Source of the DNA: Planctomycetota bacterium | Lineage (GTDB): Bacteria > Planctomycetota > UBA1135 > GCA-002686595 | Length of the DNA stretch: 64,000 nucleotides | Direction of reading: 5' to 3' | Assembly (NCBI GenBank): GCA_047611405.1 | Contig: JBLFWN010000006.1 | Span: 35,610-99,609, forward strand | Shown: piece by piece, positions 28,028-38,007 of the stretch | Layout of the letters: every line of letters begins with the position of its first letter | Position numbering within the stretch: position 1 is the first letter of the stretch | Made by a program: the position numbers and the translations under genes | Notes under the pieces: model-generated | Told to the model about the DNA's origin: nothing | The model's database searches: none | The model's input: only the letters and a program-made list of their open reading frames with translations

Positions 28028-29857
28028 GTGACGGCCAGGATGCTCGCCCTCTCACGAAACATGACTCTGCGTTCTCCCCGTGGCTACAGTTTGATTCTGG
28101 CCTGTGGGTTCTCATTTCTACTGGTGTTGCTTGTACCCGCAGGTGGCGCAAACCAGGAAGAGGATGTCTCGTTGCTGACGATCCGCGCCCTTAGGGGCGA
28201 TCCCGATGTGCCGGCCGATGTATTCGAACAAATCGCAGCCGCGAAGACTCGGCTCGCGCTGAACTCGCTCATCACCTGCTGCGAGCGCGGCCGCGTGGAT
28301 CTGCGACCAGCTGCCTTCCTCGCGTTGCGACACTTTTTCGGAGTCGAGAAGCTCGAGCAGACGGCGGTCGATTTCCTGACTCAACATGCGCTTTCGGATG
28401 ACAGTCGTGCTGCGACACGGGCTTTGGTGCGCTTTGCGAGTGTGGCGCAAGATCAGCTCGAAGAAGTGCTGCTGAAGAGCGAGGACGAGCGTACGCAGCA
28501 ACTTGCAGTGGGCGGACTAGTTGATGTGCTAGCGAAGCGAGACACGGAAGAGAGCCTCGAGCTGTTGCTCGACCACTACCGCCCGCCGCTTTCCGGCTCA
28601 CCCGAACGCGGCGCCCTGGCTTTGGGCTCCTTTCAATCCGAAGACTCAACGCAAACGCTGCTGAAGAAGGTGGCGCGTTCGAAGACTCCGGCCAGTGTGC
28701 GCGCGATGATTTTCTCCGCGCTCGCGTTACGAGAGGGAGTCAAGGTCTCAAAAGCGCTTGAGAAAGGTCTACGAGACAAAGATCCGATTGCCGTCGTAGC
28801 CACGATCGATGCGATGCGGATGCGACGCGAGAGCGGGCACACGAGCAAACTTGAGTCGCTGCTGCGCTCCAAGGCACCTTCAATTCGATGCGCGGCCATG
28901 CACTCACTGACGCTGCTTCGGTACCCATCGCCGGACTTCAAAAAGCAGCTCGATAAAGCATTGGACGGCAAAGACTTCGCGCTGCGCCTCGGAGTGGCGC
29001 GAGCCTTCGGCAGCAAGCGGGACTCCGATTCAGCAAGGCTCTTGTCGAGCATGATCGACGATGAGCACAGCACCGTTCGACGCGATGCCATCGATCGCAG
29101 CCTGGCGCGACGGATCGGGGAATCGATCCCGCACTTGATCGCCCGCATGGAACAGGACGGTGTTCGCCTACGCGAACGAGCGCATGCAGCCTTGTTAGAG
29201 CTGAGCGGGGTCGATCATGGCTTGCAGGCCGAGCGCTGGAAGGCGTGGTGGAAGGCCGAGGGTGCAAACTTCCAGATGCCCGATGCCGCGAGTGTGCGCG
29301 AGACGCTGCGCGCGCGTAACGAGCGACGCGAGGCAGCCCCCACTCACGCTGAATCGACTTTCTATGGCGTTCGATTCGCTACGGATCGAGTCATCTTCGT
29401 ACTCGACATCTCGGGCTCGATGCAAGAGTTCGGCCGCTTGCCGCGCATGAAACGCGAAGTGCTGGCGGCACTTGACGAGATCCCGGACGGGGCTTCCTTC
29501 AACTTGATCTACTTCGGGAGTTCCGTCTACCCGCTCGGCAAGGGCATGGTTCTTATGAGCCCGAACAACCGCAAGGCCGTCCGTCGCAGCATCTTGTCCC
29601 AGCAAGACTTGGGTGGCACGAACCTCCATGGCGGCTTGCGGGCCGCATTCGCAGATCCGAACGTCGAGACAATAGTGTTGTTATCGGATGGAGAGCCAAC
29701 CGAGGGAGTGACCGGCTTCAATTCGATCTTGCGCGATGTCAGGCGCTGGAACGACTTGCGAGGTGTAGTCGTGCACACGGTCGCCATTGGCTGGGACGGA
29801 AGCTTGTTACAAGCGATCTCCGCGACGACTGGCGGCGAGGCTAGCTCAGCCTTCTGA
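28028..29857 (+). CDS. HEAT-repeat plus von Willebrand factor A (VWA) domain protein with N-terminal signal/anchor
   Basis: 609 aa. N-terminal segment YSLILACGFSFLLVLLVPAGGA. HEAT-like helical repeats over about aa 60-400. VWA domain with the MIDAS motif VIFVLDISGSM and ...GGTNLHGGLRAAF...VLLSDGEPT. Confidence 0.8.
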   Translation: MTARMLALSRNMTLRSPRGYSLILACGFSFLLVLLVPAGGANQEEDVSLLTIRALRGDPDVPADVFEQIAAAKTRLALNSLITCCERGRVDLRPAAFLALRHFFGVEKLEQTAVDFLTQHALSDDSRAATRALVRFASVAQDQLEEVLLKSEDERTQQLAVGGLVDVLAKRDTEESLELLLDHYRPPLSGSPERGALALGSFQSEDSTQTLLKKVARSKTPASVRAMIFSALALREGVKVSKALEKGLRDKDPIAVVATIDAMRMRRESGHTSKLESLLRSKAPSIRCAAMHSLTLLRYPSPDFKKQLDKALDGKDFALRLGVARAFGSKRDSDSARLLSSMIDDEHSTVRRDAIDRSLARRIGESIPHLIARMEQDGVRLRERAHAALLELSGVDHGLQAERWKAWWKAEGANFQMPDAASVRETLRARNERREAAPTHAESTFYGVRFATDRVIFVLDISGSMQEFGRLPRMKREVLAALDEIPDGASFNLIYFGSSVYPLGKGMVLMSPNNRKAVRRSILSQQDLGGTNLHGGLRAAFADPNVETIVLLSDGEPTEGVTGFNSILRDVRRWNDLRGVVVHTVAIGWDGSLLQAISATTGGEASSAF

Positions 29858-29927
29858 TGAAGGACGCGACAACCGGCTAGCAATGCTGATCATGCTAGGC
29901 GCATGTTCACAGGGCTACGACTTGAGG

Positions 29928-30938
29928 CTAGGAGCACTCGGCCGGCAATGTGTTGGTCAGGAGGCCATCCGCGAGTAAGTCAGCGCGCTCCCCCAGTGAT
30001 GGAATGTTCGGATTGGCCTTGTGGCGCGAGCTACGCTCGAGCCTGCGCGCAGAACGCAAGAGCCCAAGGACCTCGGAACTCTCGTAACCAGAGAAGCAAA
30101 GCTTCGCGGCATCCACCCAGGCGGCGAATTGTTCATCGGTCGGCTGCGCTTGACCGAACAACGCATCCTCGGCCCCGGTATCCAGAAAACGACTCATGCG
30201 TTCGATGCTGCCAGTTCGTACGTAGTCGCCCGACTCCGCATCGATCTTGCTGTACGTCCAATGCACGCCAGTCAACTCGAACAGCTCATCTTCGTCGTTG
30301 TGCGCTGCTCCGATGCCATGTAGATCGGGAGACGGCAAGGCATCGATCACCTCACGCGGTACACCTAGCGCACGCGCAAGCTGGAACACCTCGCCCTTGC
30401 TAAGCATTGCGATCGGATTGGTGTCGACCTCGCCATCGCCACCCTTTTGATAGAAGCGAATGAAGCGATCTTCGCACTCGTTGCCCGTGCCATGACGAAT
30501 CGCGCCACCCGTCATGCGATTGAAGGCGCGGCCGACAGGAGCGCGCAGGCAAGAACGCAAGGATCCCAGAACGGTGCGGTCCGCCTCGATCCGTTTCGCG
30601 ACACTTCCCAAATCGGCACCGGCGGCTCCGAGTGCTGCGCGCATGGTGTCCGTCAGCTCATCGAAGATCATCGACAGATTGATCTCGACCAACGCCACAC
30701 CAAAGGCCTTGGCGCAAGCACGCGCGCGCAGCCGAAACTCGTCGCCCGAATGAATGCTGCTGTAGACCGCCGTCAGGTTGTCTGCGCCGAGCGCGGCTGC
30801 CAACAGACCCAGCATGACAGCGGAGTCGATCCCGCCGCTGACATCGAGCTGCGCTCCTTGGTTGTCAAGCTGGCCGTGGAGGGCGCGAATGGCTTGTACG
30901 CGATTCTCGATGAGGGCGGATCCGTCGAGGATGGGCAT
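29928..30938 (-). CDS. nadE: NAD(+) synthase (PP-loop ATP pyrophosphatase)
   Basis: 336 aa. PP-loop LDVSGGIDSAV, plus GTGNECEDRFIRFYQKGGDGEVDTNPIAMLSKGEVFQLARALGVP, typical of NadE. Confidence 0.85.
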   Translation of the reverse strand: MPILDGSALIENRVQAIRALHGQLDNQGAQLDVSGGIDSAVMLGLLAAALGADNLTAVYSSIHSGDEFRLRARACAKAFGVALVEINLSMIFDELTDTMRAALGAAGADLGSVAKRIEADRTVLGSLRSCLRAPVGRAFNRMTGGAIRHGTGNECEDRFIRFYQKGGDGEVDTNPIAMLSKGEVFQLARALGVPREVIDALPSPDLHGIGAAHNDEDELFELTGVHWTYSKIDAESGDYVRTGSIERMSRFLDTGAEDALFGQAQPTDEQFAAWVDAAKLCFSGYESSEVLGLLRSARRLERSSRHKANPNIPSLGERADLLADGLLTNTLPAECS

Positions 30939-31165
30939 GGCTTCGTCGCAGAGTTGACGCTCTCGCGCCTGGGTCGGGAGAGGGAAGGGGTCGGGAATGG
31001 AAAGGGGTCGCTCGCCCGCACAGCCTGGCGGAGCTACGGCAGTATCTCATTCAGTCGGAAGAATCTCGATGTCTTCCACACGGCAATCGAAGGCTGAGCG
31101 GGATCAATCAGAAGTGGGCCCCTGTAGGCCCAGGTCTCGCTGCTGCCTGACTGTAAGCAAGCTTT

Positions 31166-32299
31166 CTATGGGCGTGGCGCTAGCTGCCCGCAGGCGGCAC
31201 CGATGTCTAGGCCTCGAGACCAGCGAATGTGAGGGCGTACACCGCAGGCGTACAGCATGTCCGCGAAATCCTGCACCTCCTCGTCCGAAGGCCTTCGACT
31301 CTTGGTGAAGGAGTGCTCGTTCAGTGGAATCAGGCTCATCAAGTGCGGAATCCCTTGCGCGAACTGAGCCAAGCGCTGCGCATCCTGCCTCGTATCGTTC
31401 TCTCCTTGTCGCAAAACGTACTCGAGCGTAATTCGCTCGCGATGCGCCGCCGGCCAGCGCATGAGCGCTGCCTTCAGATCACGAATCGGATAGGTGCGGT
31501 TGACCGGCATGATTTGGCTTCGTTGCTCGTCCGTCGTCGCATTCAGACTGAGGGCTAAGAGTGGCCGCGGCGCTGCACTAGCGAGCCGATCGATGCCTTT
31601 CACAAGCCCTGACGTCGAAACCGTGATTCGATTCGAGTGCATCCCAAGACCCCAAGGATGACACAGAATCTCGATGGCCTTCAGTACATGTTCCACGTTG
31701 TGCAGCGGCTCCCCCATCCCCATGAAGACGACGTTCAGCTGGTGACCGCGATAGCCTGGGAAGCGCAGGAGGAGCGCGTGAACTTGAGCGACAATCTCGC
31801 CTGCAGTCAAATTGCGCCCAATCCCCATCGCGCCGGTCGCACAAAAGGTGCACCCCATCCCGCAGCCAATCTGCGACGAGACACAAAGTGTCACACGCTG
31901 ATTCTTCAAGTCGCGCGGCATCCATACCGCTTCGATGCGTCGCTCGTCCTGCGCTCTCAGGACGAGGCGCGTTGATCCGTCGCTTGAAGTCGACTCGCTA
32001 TGTATCGACATGGGTCGCAGCGAATGTCCTCGCAGAGCGCTCTGCCATTGTTTGCCGAGAAGCGGAGCCTCACTCCTTGCCCACGCCCATGGCCGGTGCA
32101 GGTTGGCAAATAGACTGCATACGGATCCGCCGTAGCCGAGCTGCTCGAACTCGCCCGGCGTCAGGCCGAACACGCTGGGCGCTTCGTCGTGTTCAGGCGC
32201 GGGTCGCAGCCTGTCTGCGGGCCTAGGAGGATGAGCTGGGTGCACGTCCAAGAAGATACGAGTTTCGGAGGTGGAACGGGACGCGCGTGCGACAGTCAT
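31166..32299 (-). CDS. rlmN: 23S rRNA/tRNA adenine-C2 methyltransferase RlmN (radical SAM)
   Basis: 377 aa. Radical-SAM cluster motif CVSSQIGCGMGCTFCATG, plus VVFMGMGEPLHN and a conserved C-terminal Cys (GAACGQL). Confidence 0.9.
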   Translation of the reverse strand: MTVARASRSTSETRIFLDVHPAHPPRPADRLRPAPEHDEAPSVFGLTPGEFEQLGYGGSVCSLFANLHRPWAWARSEAPLLGKQWQSALRGHSLRPMSIHSESTSSDGSTRLVLRAQDERRIEAVWMPRDLKNQRVTLCVSSQIGCGMGCTFCATGAMGIGRNLTAGEIVAQVHALLLRFPGYRGHQLNVVFMGMGEPLHNVEHVLKAIEILCHPWGLGMHSNRITVSTSGLVKGIDRLASAAPRPLLALSLNATTDEQRSQIMPVNRTYPIRDLKAALMRWPAAHRERITLEYVLRQGENDTRQDAQRLAQFAQGIPHLMSLIPLNEHSFTKSRRPSDEEVQDFADMLYACGVRPHIRWSRGLDIGAACGQLAPRP

Positions 32300-32394
32300 T
32301 CACGATCGCGCGCCTGAGTTGTTGGCGATTGTAAGCTCCGTGCCCGGCAGGCTGCTGTGCGGAGTCCTCGACTCTCAAAACAAAAGCTACCGGA

Positions 32395-33449
32395 TCAACG
32401 TTCGTCTCGGTGGACGAGCAGCTCGGGATGCTCACTGAGGTAATCAGTGATTGCAGTCGCAGCGACTACATGTGCCATGGCGCTGGGGTGGCCGTCGAAA
32501 CTGGTTGCTCGCAGCGAACGCGGCCTGTGCATTTTGTAGTGAGGCAAGAGATCGATGACGTGCATGCCGGCTTCTTGACCCGCGGCAGCTACTTGATCGT
32601 GAAGCTCCGCATACTTGTATTCCTCCCAGGCAGTCTCCGGCGCAAGCGGAAAGACCACCAGCATCAACTCGCAACCGTCAGCCTGCGTCAGCCGTTTCAT
32701 CTCCTCGAAGGCTGCTACGACTCGCCCCCACTTCTCTGGATGAGAGTGAAGAAAGACGTTGTAGTCCCCGTGGCCGTACCTGCGCAGACCGCGATCGCGC
32801 TCACGCTTCTTAAGCAAGCGCAGCAAGTGCGAGTGCTGCCACCATTGCGGCTCGTCAAAGTAGGCGTGTAGGGGCTGTAGCGGTTCATCCTCGGGGTCAT
32901 TCAGGTAGTAAGCCACGATGACCAAATCGGGCTTCCACGCAAGGCCCTTGTGCTTCAACACCGCGAGCTCATCCAGCGTGCAATAGCCGCTCACGCCGAA
33001 GTTCAGCACGTCGACGGGCCGTTCGCTGGCTAGGCCGTTCTCATCCAGCATTTGCTCGAGGCGCCGATTCCACACATCTTGGTTCTCGACTTGATGGCCA
33101 AAGGTGAATGAATCACCGATCGCTGCGATGCAGGAGCTCGTCAGAGGATCGAGATTGCGCGGCTCCTCGTCCCGCATCCCGTGCGAGTTGATGACGACCT
33201 CGTAGCCCTGCCCGTACTTTTCAAAGTTAGGGACGAGCTCGTACAACAACCCTCGAGTTCAGAGGCTTGATGCATGAGGCGGCGAGAGTTCTTCTCGACC
33301 GGCTTGTCCTTCACATCCAAGTTCATGAAATGGACGGGCCGAAACATTCGCAAGGAGATCTCCGTTGCTCCCAAGGCGACCAGTACTCCTGCAAGCAGAA
33401 CCGCAAAGATCCTTCTGACTCGTTGGATGCGTGACTGCGGAGTGGACAT
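32395..33449 (-). pseudogene. SGNH/GDSL-family hydrolase with membrane anchor; single frameshift (pseudogene or assembly indel)
   Basis: The N-terminal part MSTPQSRIQRVRRIFAVLLAGVLVALGATEISLRMF...HQASELEG (frame of ORF 33141-33650, ATG 33449) continues as LLYELVPNFEKYGQGYEVVINSHGMRDEEP...AAIGDSFTFGH...LNFGVSGY in ORF 32395-33249. The frames differ by 1 nt, around 33247-33262. Confidence 0.6.
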
Positions 33450-33748
33450 GGACCGGCCGCGCGGCACGCTCGTGCCAAACGAGCCAAGCGCCGAGTCTAA
33501 CCTACGGCCAGTCCGCCAGTCCCGTGTTCCCCCTTCGATCACAAAGGAGCTAGTGACCCGTCGCCCGTGCCTGAAAGGCGGTCTTGCCCGGTCCACGCTT
33601 CGACATCTGATAGTGCACTCGCGCTCAAGCTGCGGACGCTCAAGCCGCATCGCAATGGGGGCCGCGACTGAAGAATGTAAACCTACGTGTGTGCAGACTG
33701 TCCGACTGGCCTATTGTGATCCCACCTCCGTGCAGACTTGGAGATCAC

Positions 33749-34663
33749 ATGACCAGAATAGATGCACTGAACGAAGCCTTTGGGATCGAGGGCGCGCTGA
33801 CCTTTGGCCGTGGTGGGGGTGGACTGCCGCTCGCCAGGGTCAGCACGACTCGATGCCACGCGGAGATCTACCTGCACGGCGCCCACGTCACATCTTGGTA
33901 CCCGACGGGCCAGCAAGAAGTATTGTGGGTCAGCAGCACGAGTAGCTACGACAGCGATCGTGCGATTCGCGGGGGCGTCCCCATCTGCTGGCCATGGTTC
34001 GGCGACCACCCCGAGGGCGCGGGTCGACCGGCTCATGGCTTCGCACGAACCAGCGAATTCACGGTCGCTGACACGGCTTGCGACGCCGACGGCAACTGCA
34101 CGATGGAATTTCGCCTCGAGCCCGACGAGCGCAGTCGCTCCCTCTGGCCTACAGACTTCGGATTGAGCCTGCACGCACGCTTCGGCAGTGAGCTGGATCT
34201 GCAACTCTGTATGCGTAACGACTCCGGAAGCGTCGTCGAGCATTCGTCTGCATTGCACACCTACCTTCGTGTCGGCAACGTCGAAGGCGTCGAGCTGCAA
34301 GGATTCGCGGGGCATGACTACTTGGATAAACTGCGGGGCTTCGAGCGCCACCACCAGGCGCAGGAACCTCGAATCGAAAAGCGCACCGATCGTGTGTATG
34401 TCGACTCAACGAACGAGTGCAGGCTGATCGATCCGGAGTGGAATCGAGAGATCACCGTCGCTAAAACTGGAAGCCGTGCGACTGTACTTTGGAATCCGGG
34501 GCGAGAGATTGCCGCCTCGATGAGCGACTTTGACGACGACGGCTATCGAACCATGCTCTGCATCGAGTCTGCGAATACTGCCGACGACTTGATCACACTA
34601 AATCCAGGACAAGAGCATCGCATCGGCACGACTCTGCGCGTCGGACCGCTGCGAAGCGATTGA
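33749..34663 (+). CDS. D-hexose-6-phosphate mutarotase (glucose-6-phosphate 1-epimerase, YeaD-like)
   Basis: ATG 33749 is preceded by GGAGA. Sequence: MTRIDALNEAFGIEGALTFGRGGGGLPLARV...IYLHGAHVTSW...IRGGVPICWPWFGDHP...PAHGFART. Aldose-1-epimerase superfamily pattern. Confidence 0.85.
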   Translation: MTRIDALNEAFGIEGALTFGRGGGGLPLARVSTTRCHAEIYLHGAHVTSWYPTGQQEVLWVSSTSSYDSDRAIRGGVPICWPWFGDHPEGAGRPAHGFARTSEFTVADTACDADGNCTMEFRLEPDERSRSLWPTDFGLSLHARFGSELDLQLCMRNDSGSVVEHSSALHTYLRVGNVEGVELQGFAGHDYLDKLRGFERHHQAQEPRIEKRTDRVYVDSTNECRLIDPEWNREITVAKTGSRATVLWNPGREIAASMSDFDDDGYRTMLCIESANTADDLITLNPGQEHRIGTTLRVGPLRSD

Positions 34664-34943
34664 GGCCTCTTCGTTGATGGGCCGCGGCTGGGCCAGGCTT
34701 GCGACTTGAGGTCTGTAACCTCTCCCATGGAGCTGCAGTCTGCTTGGGCTGTGCTCGACTGCTCTCCTTCTGGCTAGCTCGCTGGGCGCTTAGCCTGACC
34801 GCTCGGCGTGGCGTCACCGAGAGTACGAATTGCGCTGCTGCTGGTCCTCTGATCGCACCTGAGTTCGCCCCAAGTCTGCCTGACCCGTGGCGCGCGCAGC
34901 TAGCGACCTGGAACGCGCTGCGTCACGAGCTCGGGCGCAATAT

Positions 34944-36579
34944 TCAGCTCGAATGCTTAGGCTTCAATTCGCTCGTCGCAAAGTCAGTTCGACCTGCCCC
35001 TGCGAGGTGCATAAACATCTCATCGAAGTCCAATGGCTTCGGTAGCAACGGACGCATCGATCGCTTCGCGAAAGCGATCGATGCGTGGGAAGCAAAATCG
35101 CCGGTATAGAACACGATTCGCTGCACCAGATGTGGCCTGTCCTGACACAGACGATCGTAGAATCCGACCCCGCCCATGCCCGGCATCTTCATATCGCACA
35201 GCACTGCACTGCTGGCCTCCAGTGTCTCCAGCTGAGTGCCGAGTGCATCTTCGGCACTGGAAGCTTCATGCACCGTCCAGCCCCGACGTTGGGCTTGCCG
35301 GCGAACAATTCCACGCACGGCCTGATCATCATCGATCACGAAGAGTGTCTGATTCAGCGGCTGTGGCTCGGCATTCTCCGGCGCAGCCTGGCCCTTCGAT
35401 TGCAACACCGGCAAGAGCGCACGGAATAAACACCCGGTGCCCGAGGCGCTATTCTCAACGTCGATGCTTCCGCCATGCGCCCGCACGATCGCGTGCGCTA
35501 TCGACAAGCCGAGGCCTGTCCCCTCTTTTGGTCGTGAAGAAGGGTTCGAAGACGCGCTCTCGAATCTCGACCGGTATGCCAGGACCGGAATCGCGCACCC
35601 ATAGCTCGACCGCCTCTTCTGTTAGGCGAGCCAAGATCGTCACGCTGCCTCCAGCATCTACTGCGTGCAGGCCGTTGATGATCAAATTGCTCATTACTTG
35701 CGCGAGGCCGATGCGATTCGCCACGAGCTGCAATCGGGACATCGGCTCGATCGTGACTGCCCTATCACCTTCCAGCAGTTCGGATGCGAGCCCACTTAGG
35801 ACGCGCTGCCCCAAGGCCTCGAAATCGATGTCCTCCTTCGGGAGGACGGATTGACCTGCGAGTGCCGTCAGGCTCCGAAGTATTCCGCGGCAGCGTTCGG
35901 CTTACTCGACGATGACTTGGAGCTCCTCCGCGTGCGGGGACGTCGTCCGGAGGGTTTCCGCATAGCCCAAGATCACAGTCAGCGGGTTGTTTCGTTCGTG
36001 AGCGACACCGGACACCACAGTTCCTAGTGCGCGCAGCTTCTCGTCGCGTTCGATCTCCGGTCGCAGTTGCTCTCGCTCTTGCTTCGCTTCCAACAACCGA
36101 TGGTGCGCATCATCTAGCAGGCAAACGACAAGCCCGATGCCAAGGCAAATTTGGACTCCCAAGTCGACGAAGGAGTTCAACGAGAGGACGAATTCCAGGT
36201 CGTTGTGCCTGCCAAGCAGGACAGTAGCGCAATGATACACCCACGTTGCGCTCAGCATCGCAAATGCCGCCCGCACCAACCGACGACCGGAAGAAGGCAG
36301 GTGACTGTCCTGGAAGTAGCCACGAGCAATCCACGAACAACCAATCAAGATGGGAGCCTGCGTCATCAACAACAGCCCAATGTCGTAGATAAGAAGTGAT
36401 GCCGCGCTCCATAACACGACCATCGGAATCGCGAAGCGCCGAAAGCCAGTTGGTTCGGTGCCGTGCAACAGTTGATGGGTTCCCCGAATCAAGTGCAGAC
36501 CGAAGACCACTTTCAATCCCAGGTAGGAACTGAACATCGCGATCGATGTCGTACTGCCATCTGCCAAGAATCCGCGCAC
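34944..36579 (-). pseudogene. hybrid sensor histidine kinase (multi-TM sensor, HisKA, HATPase_c, REC), inactivated
   Basis: Three collinear pieces. 35902-36579: TM region plus the H-box VSGVAHERNNPLTVILGY. 35455-35814: the N/G1 boxes, SNLIINGLHAVD and VRDSGPGIP. 34944-35507: G2 box plus REC, GTGLGLSIAHAIV and VLCDMKMPGMGG. The first junction is an in-frame TAA (35902-35904, ...QVIVE*AERCRGILRSL...). The second is a 1-nt frameshift in an A4 run (T4 at 35526-35529 on the plus strand). Confidence 0.7.
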
Positions 36580-37049
36580 CGCCGAGTCACTAGTTTACGA
36601 GAACAGACGCACGCTGAGAATCGTTAGCGCTGCGGCCAGGGACATGAAGGCCCAGAAGAAGCTCTTGTATGCCCGCCGAGAGGGATAACGGCCCCGCCGT
36701 GAAGCAAGTACCGCAACGAAGACCCAGGCACAAAAGCCTGCACGAAGAGTCCGAACAACGATAGAAACTTGTGCGCACGTAGCAGGGATGTCACGCGTAC
36801 GAGCCGACTCAATGATTGGCTTGTCCGAAATCAGGTCTACCTAACTGTTGACCGGCCCAAGTCTGCCAACCCGCGCAGCTCCATCATGGGAGAACGACAG
36901 CCTCGCCTCCCTCACCCCTTCCGAGGCCCTGAAGGCGGATCAGCACTGTCAGCTTCCACCAGGCTGCGGCAATCAAGGGTTCGGGCACAGTTGAAGATAG
37001 TGCCCTGCCGATCAGCACTCAGCCGGGCTCCGCCCCGAGTCGGACCATC

Positions 37050-38006
37050 ATGAAACTGAGTCGCGCCAAAACCGAGGGCCTCGATCCAGGCCAGCTAGTT
37101 GAGCTTCGTAGTCAGCTCCACGAGACAGTGCGCCGAGTCGTCTCGGTTCCAGACACCGTATTGGACCCGATCATCGTCGCCTTCTTGGCCGGTGGGCATG
37201 TACTGATCGAGGGAATCCCAGGGACTGGCAAGACGCTGCTGTCACGCACGCTCGCACGCTGCCTCGACTGTAACTTCAAGCGCATCCAATTCACGAACGA
37301 CCTGATGCCTTCGGACATCGTCGGATCCTCGATCTGGCGCCAAAGCGAGGAGCGCTTCGAGTTCGTGCGCGGGCCTCTGTTCGCAAACCTCGTCTTGGCC
37401 GACGAGGTTAATCGCACGAGCTCTCGAACGATGTCTTGCCTCTTGGAAGCGATGGAAGAGGGCAAGGTCTCGATCGAGGGCGAAGCTGTTTCCTTGTCCG
37501 ACCCGTTCATGATCATGGCAACGCGCAATCCGATCGAGTTCCACGGAACCTTTCCGATTCCGGAAGCCGTGCTCGATCGATTCTTGGCTCGCGTCGACCT
37601 GGGCTACCCAGACGCAGAGAGTGAGTACGGCCTCTACTGCGGGGATGAGCCCGTGGAAGCGCTCGCGGCTATACAGCCGCTGCTCTCGCTCGAGACTCTG
37701 AGTGCACTGCGCGCCGCGGTCCCAAACGTCACGATCAGCGAGCCGACTGCGCGTTATGCGCTGAGCATCGTGCAAGCCACTCGCGATCATGATGCGGTCG
37801 CTCTCGGTGTGAGTCCGCGTGCCGCGATGTCATGGATTCGAGCATCCAAGGCATGGGCTCTGCTGGATGGGCGTGATTACGTGCTGCCCGATGATTTGAA
37901 GGCCATGTCTGCGTCTGTCCTCGGACACCGTGTGTTCCTGCATGCGGGTGGAGACGGTCGGGAGCTCGTCCAGTCGGTCTTAACTGCTGTGCCTGTGGAT
38001 CTTTGA
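37050..38006 (+). CDS. MoxR-like AAA+ ATPase
   Basis: 318 aa. Walker A region GHVLIEGIPGTGKTLLSRTLARCL, then FKRIQFTNDLMPSDIVGS, Walker B LVLADEVNR and ATRNPIE. Confidence 0.9.
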   Translation: MKLSRAKTEGLDPGQLVELRSQLHETVRRVVSVPDTVLDPIIVAFLAGGHVLIEGIPGTGKTLLSRTLARCLDCNFKRIQFTNDLMPSDIVGSSIWRQSEERFEFVRGPLFANLVLADEVNRTSSRTMSCLLEAMEEGKVSIEGEAVSLSDPFMIMATRNPIEFHGTFPIPEAVLDRFLARVDLGYPDAESEYGLYCGDEPVEALAAIQPLLSLETLSALRAAVPNVTISEPTARYALSIVQATRDHDAVALGVSPRAAMSWIRASKAWALLDGRDYVLPDDLKAMSASVLGHRVFLHAGGDGRELVQSVLTAVPVDL

Positions 38007-38007
38007 G

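Noticed and set aside
35520-35535. The A-run (CC AAA AGA G) in the kinase as a programmed ribosomal frameshift site.
   Set aside because: It is not a canonical slippery heptamer, there is no obvious downstream stimulatory structure, and the same gene has independent nonsense lesions.
35902-35904. In-frame TAA/TAG/TGA codons as evidence of stop-codon reassignment, selenocysteine/pyrrolysine or programmed readthrough.
   Set aside because: All three stop codons also terminate intact, well-conserved genes in the window (for example TAG for icd, TGA for the GT fusion, TAA for the hybrid kinase). Most affected genes also carry frameshifts, and no SECIS-like context was seen. Ordinary nonsense mutations are the simpler reading.
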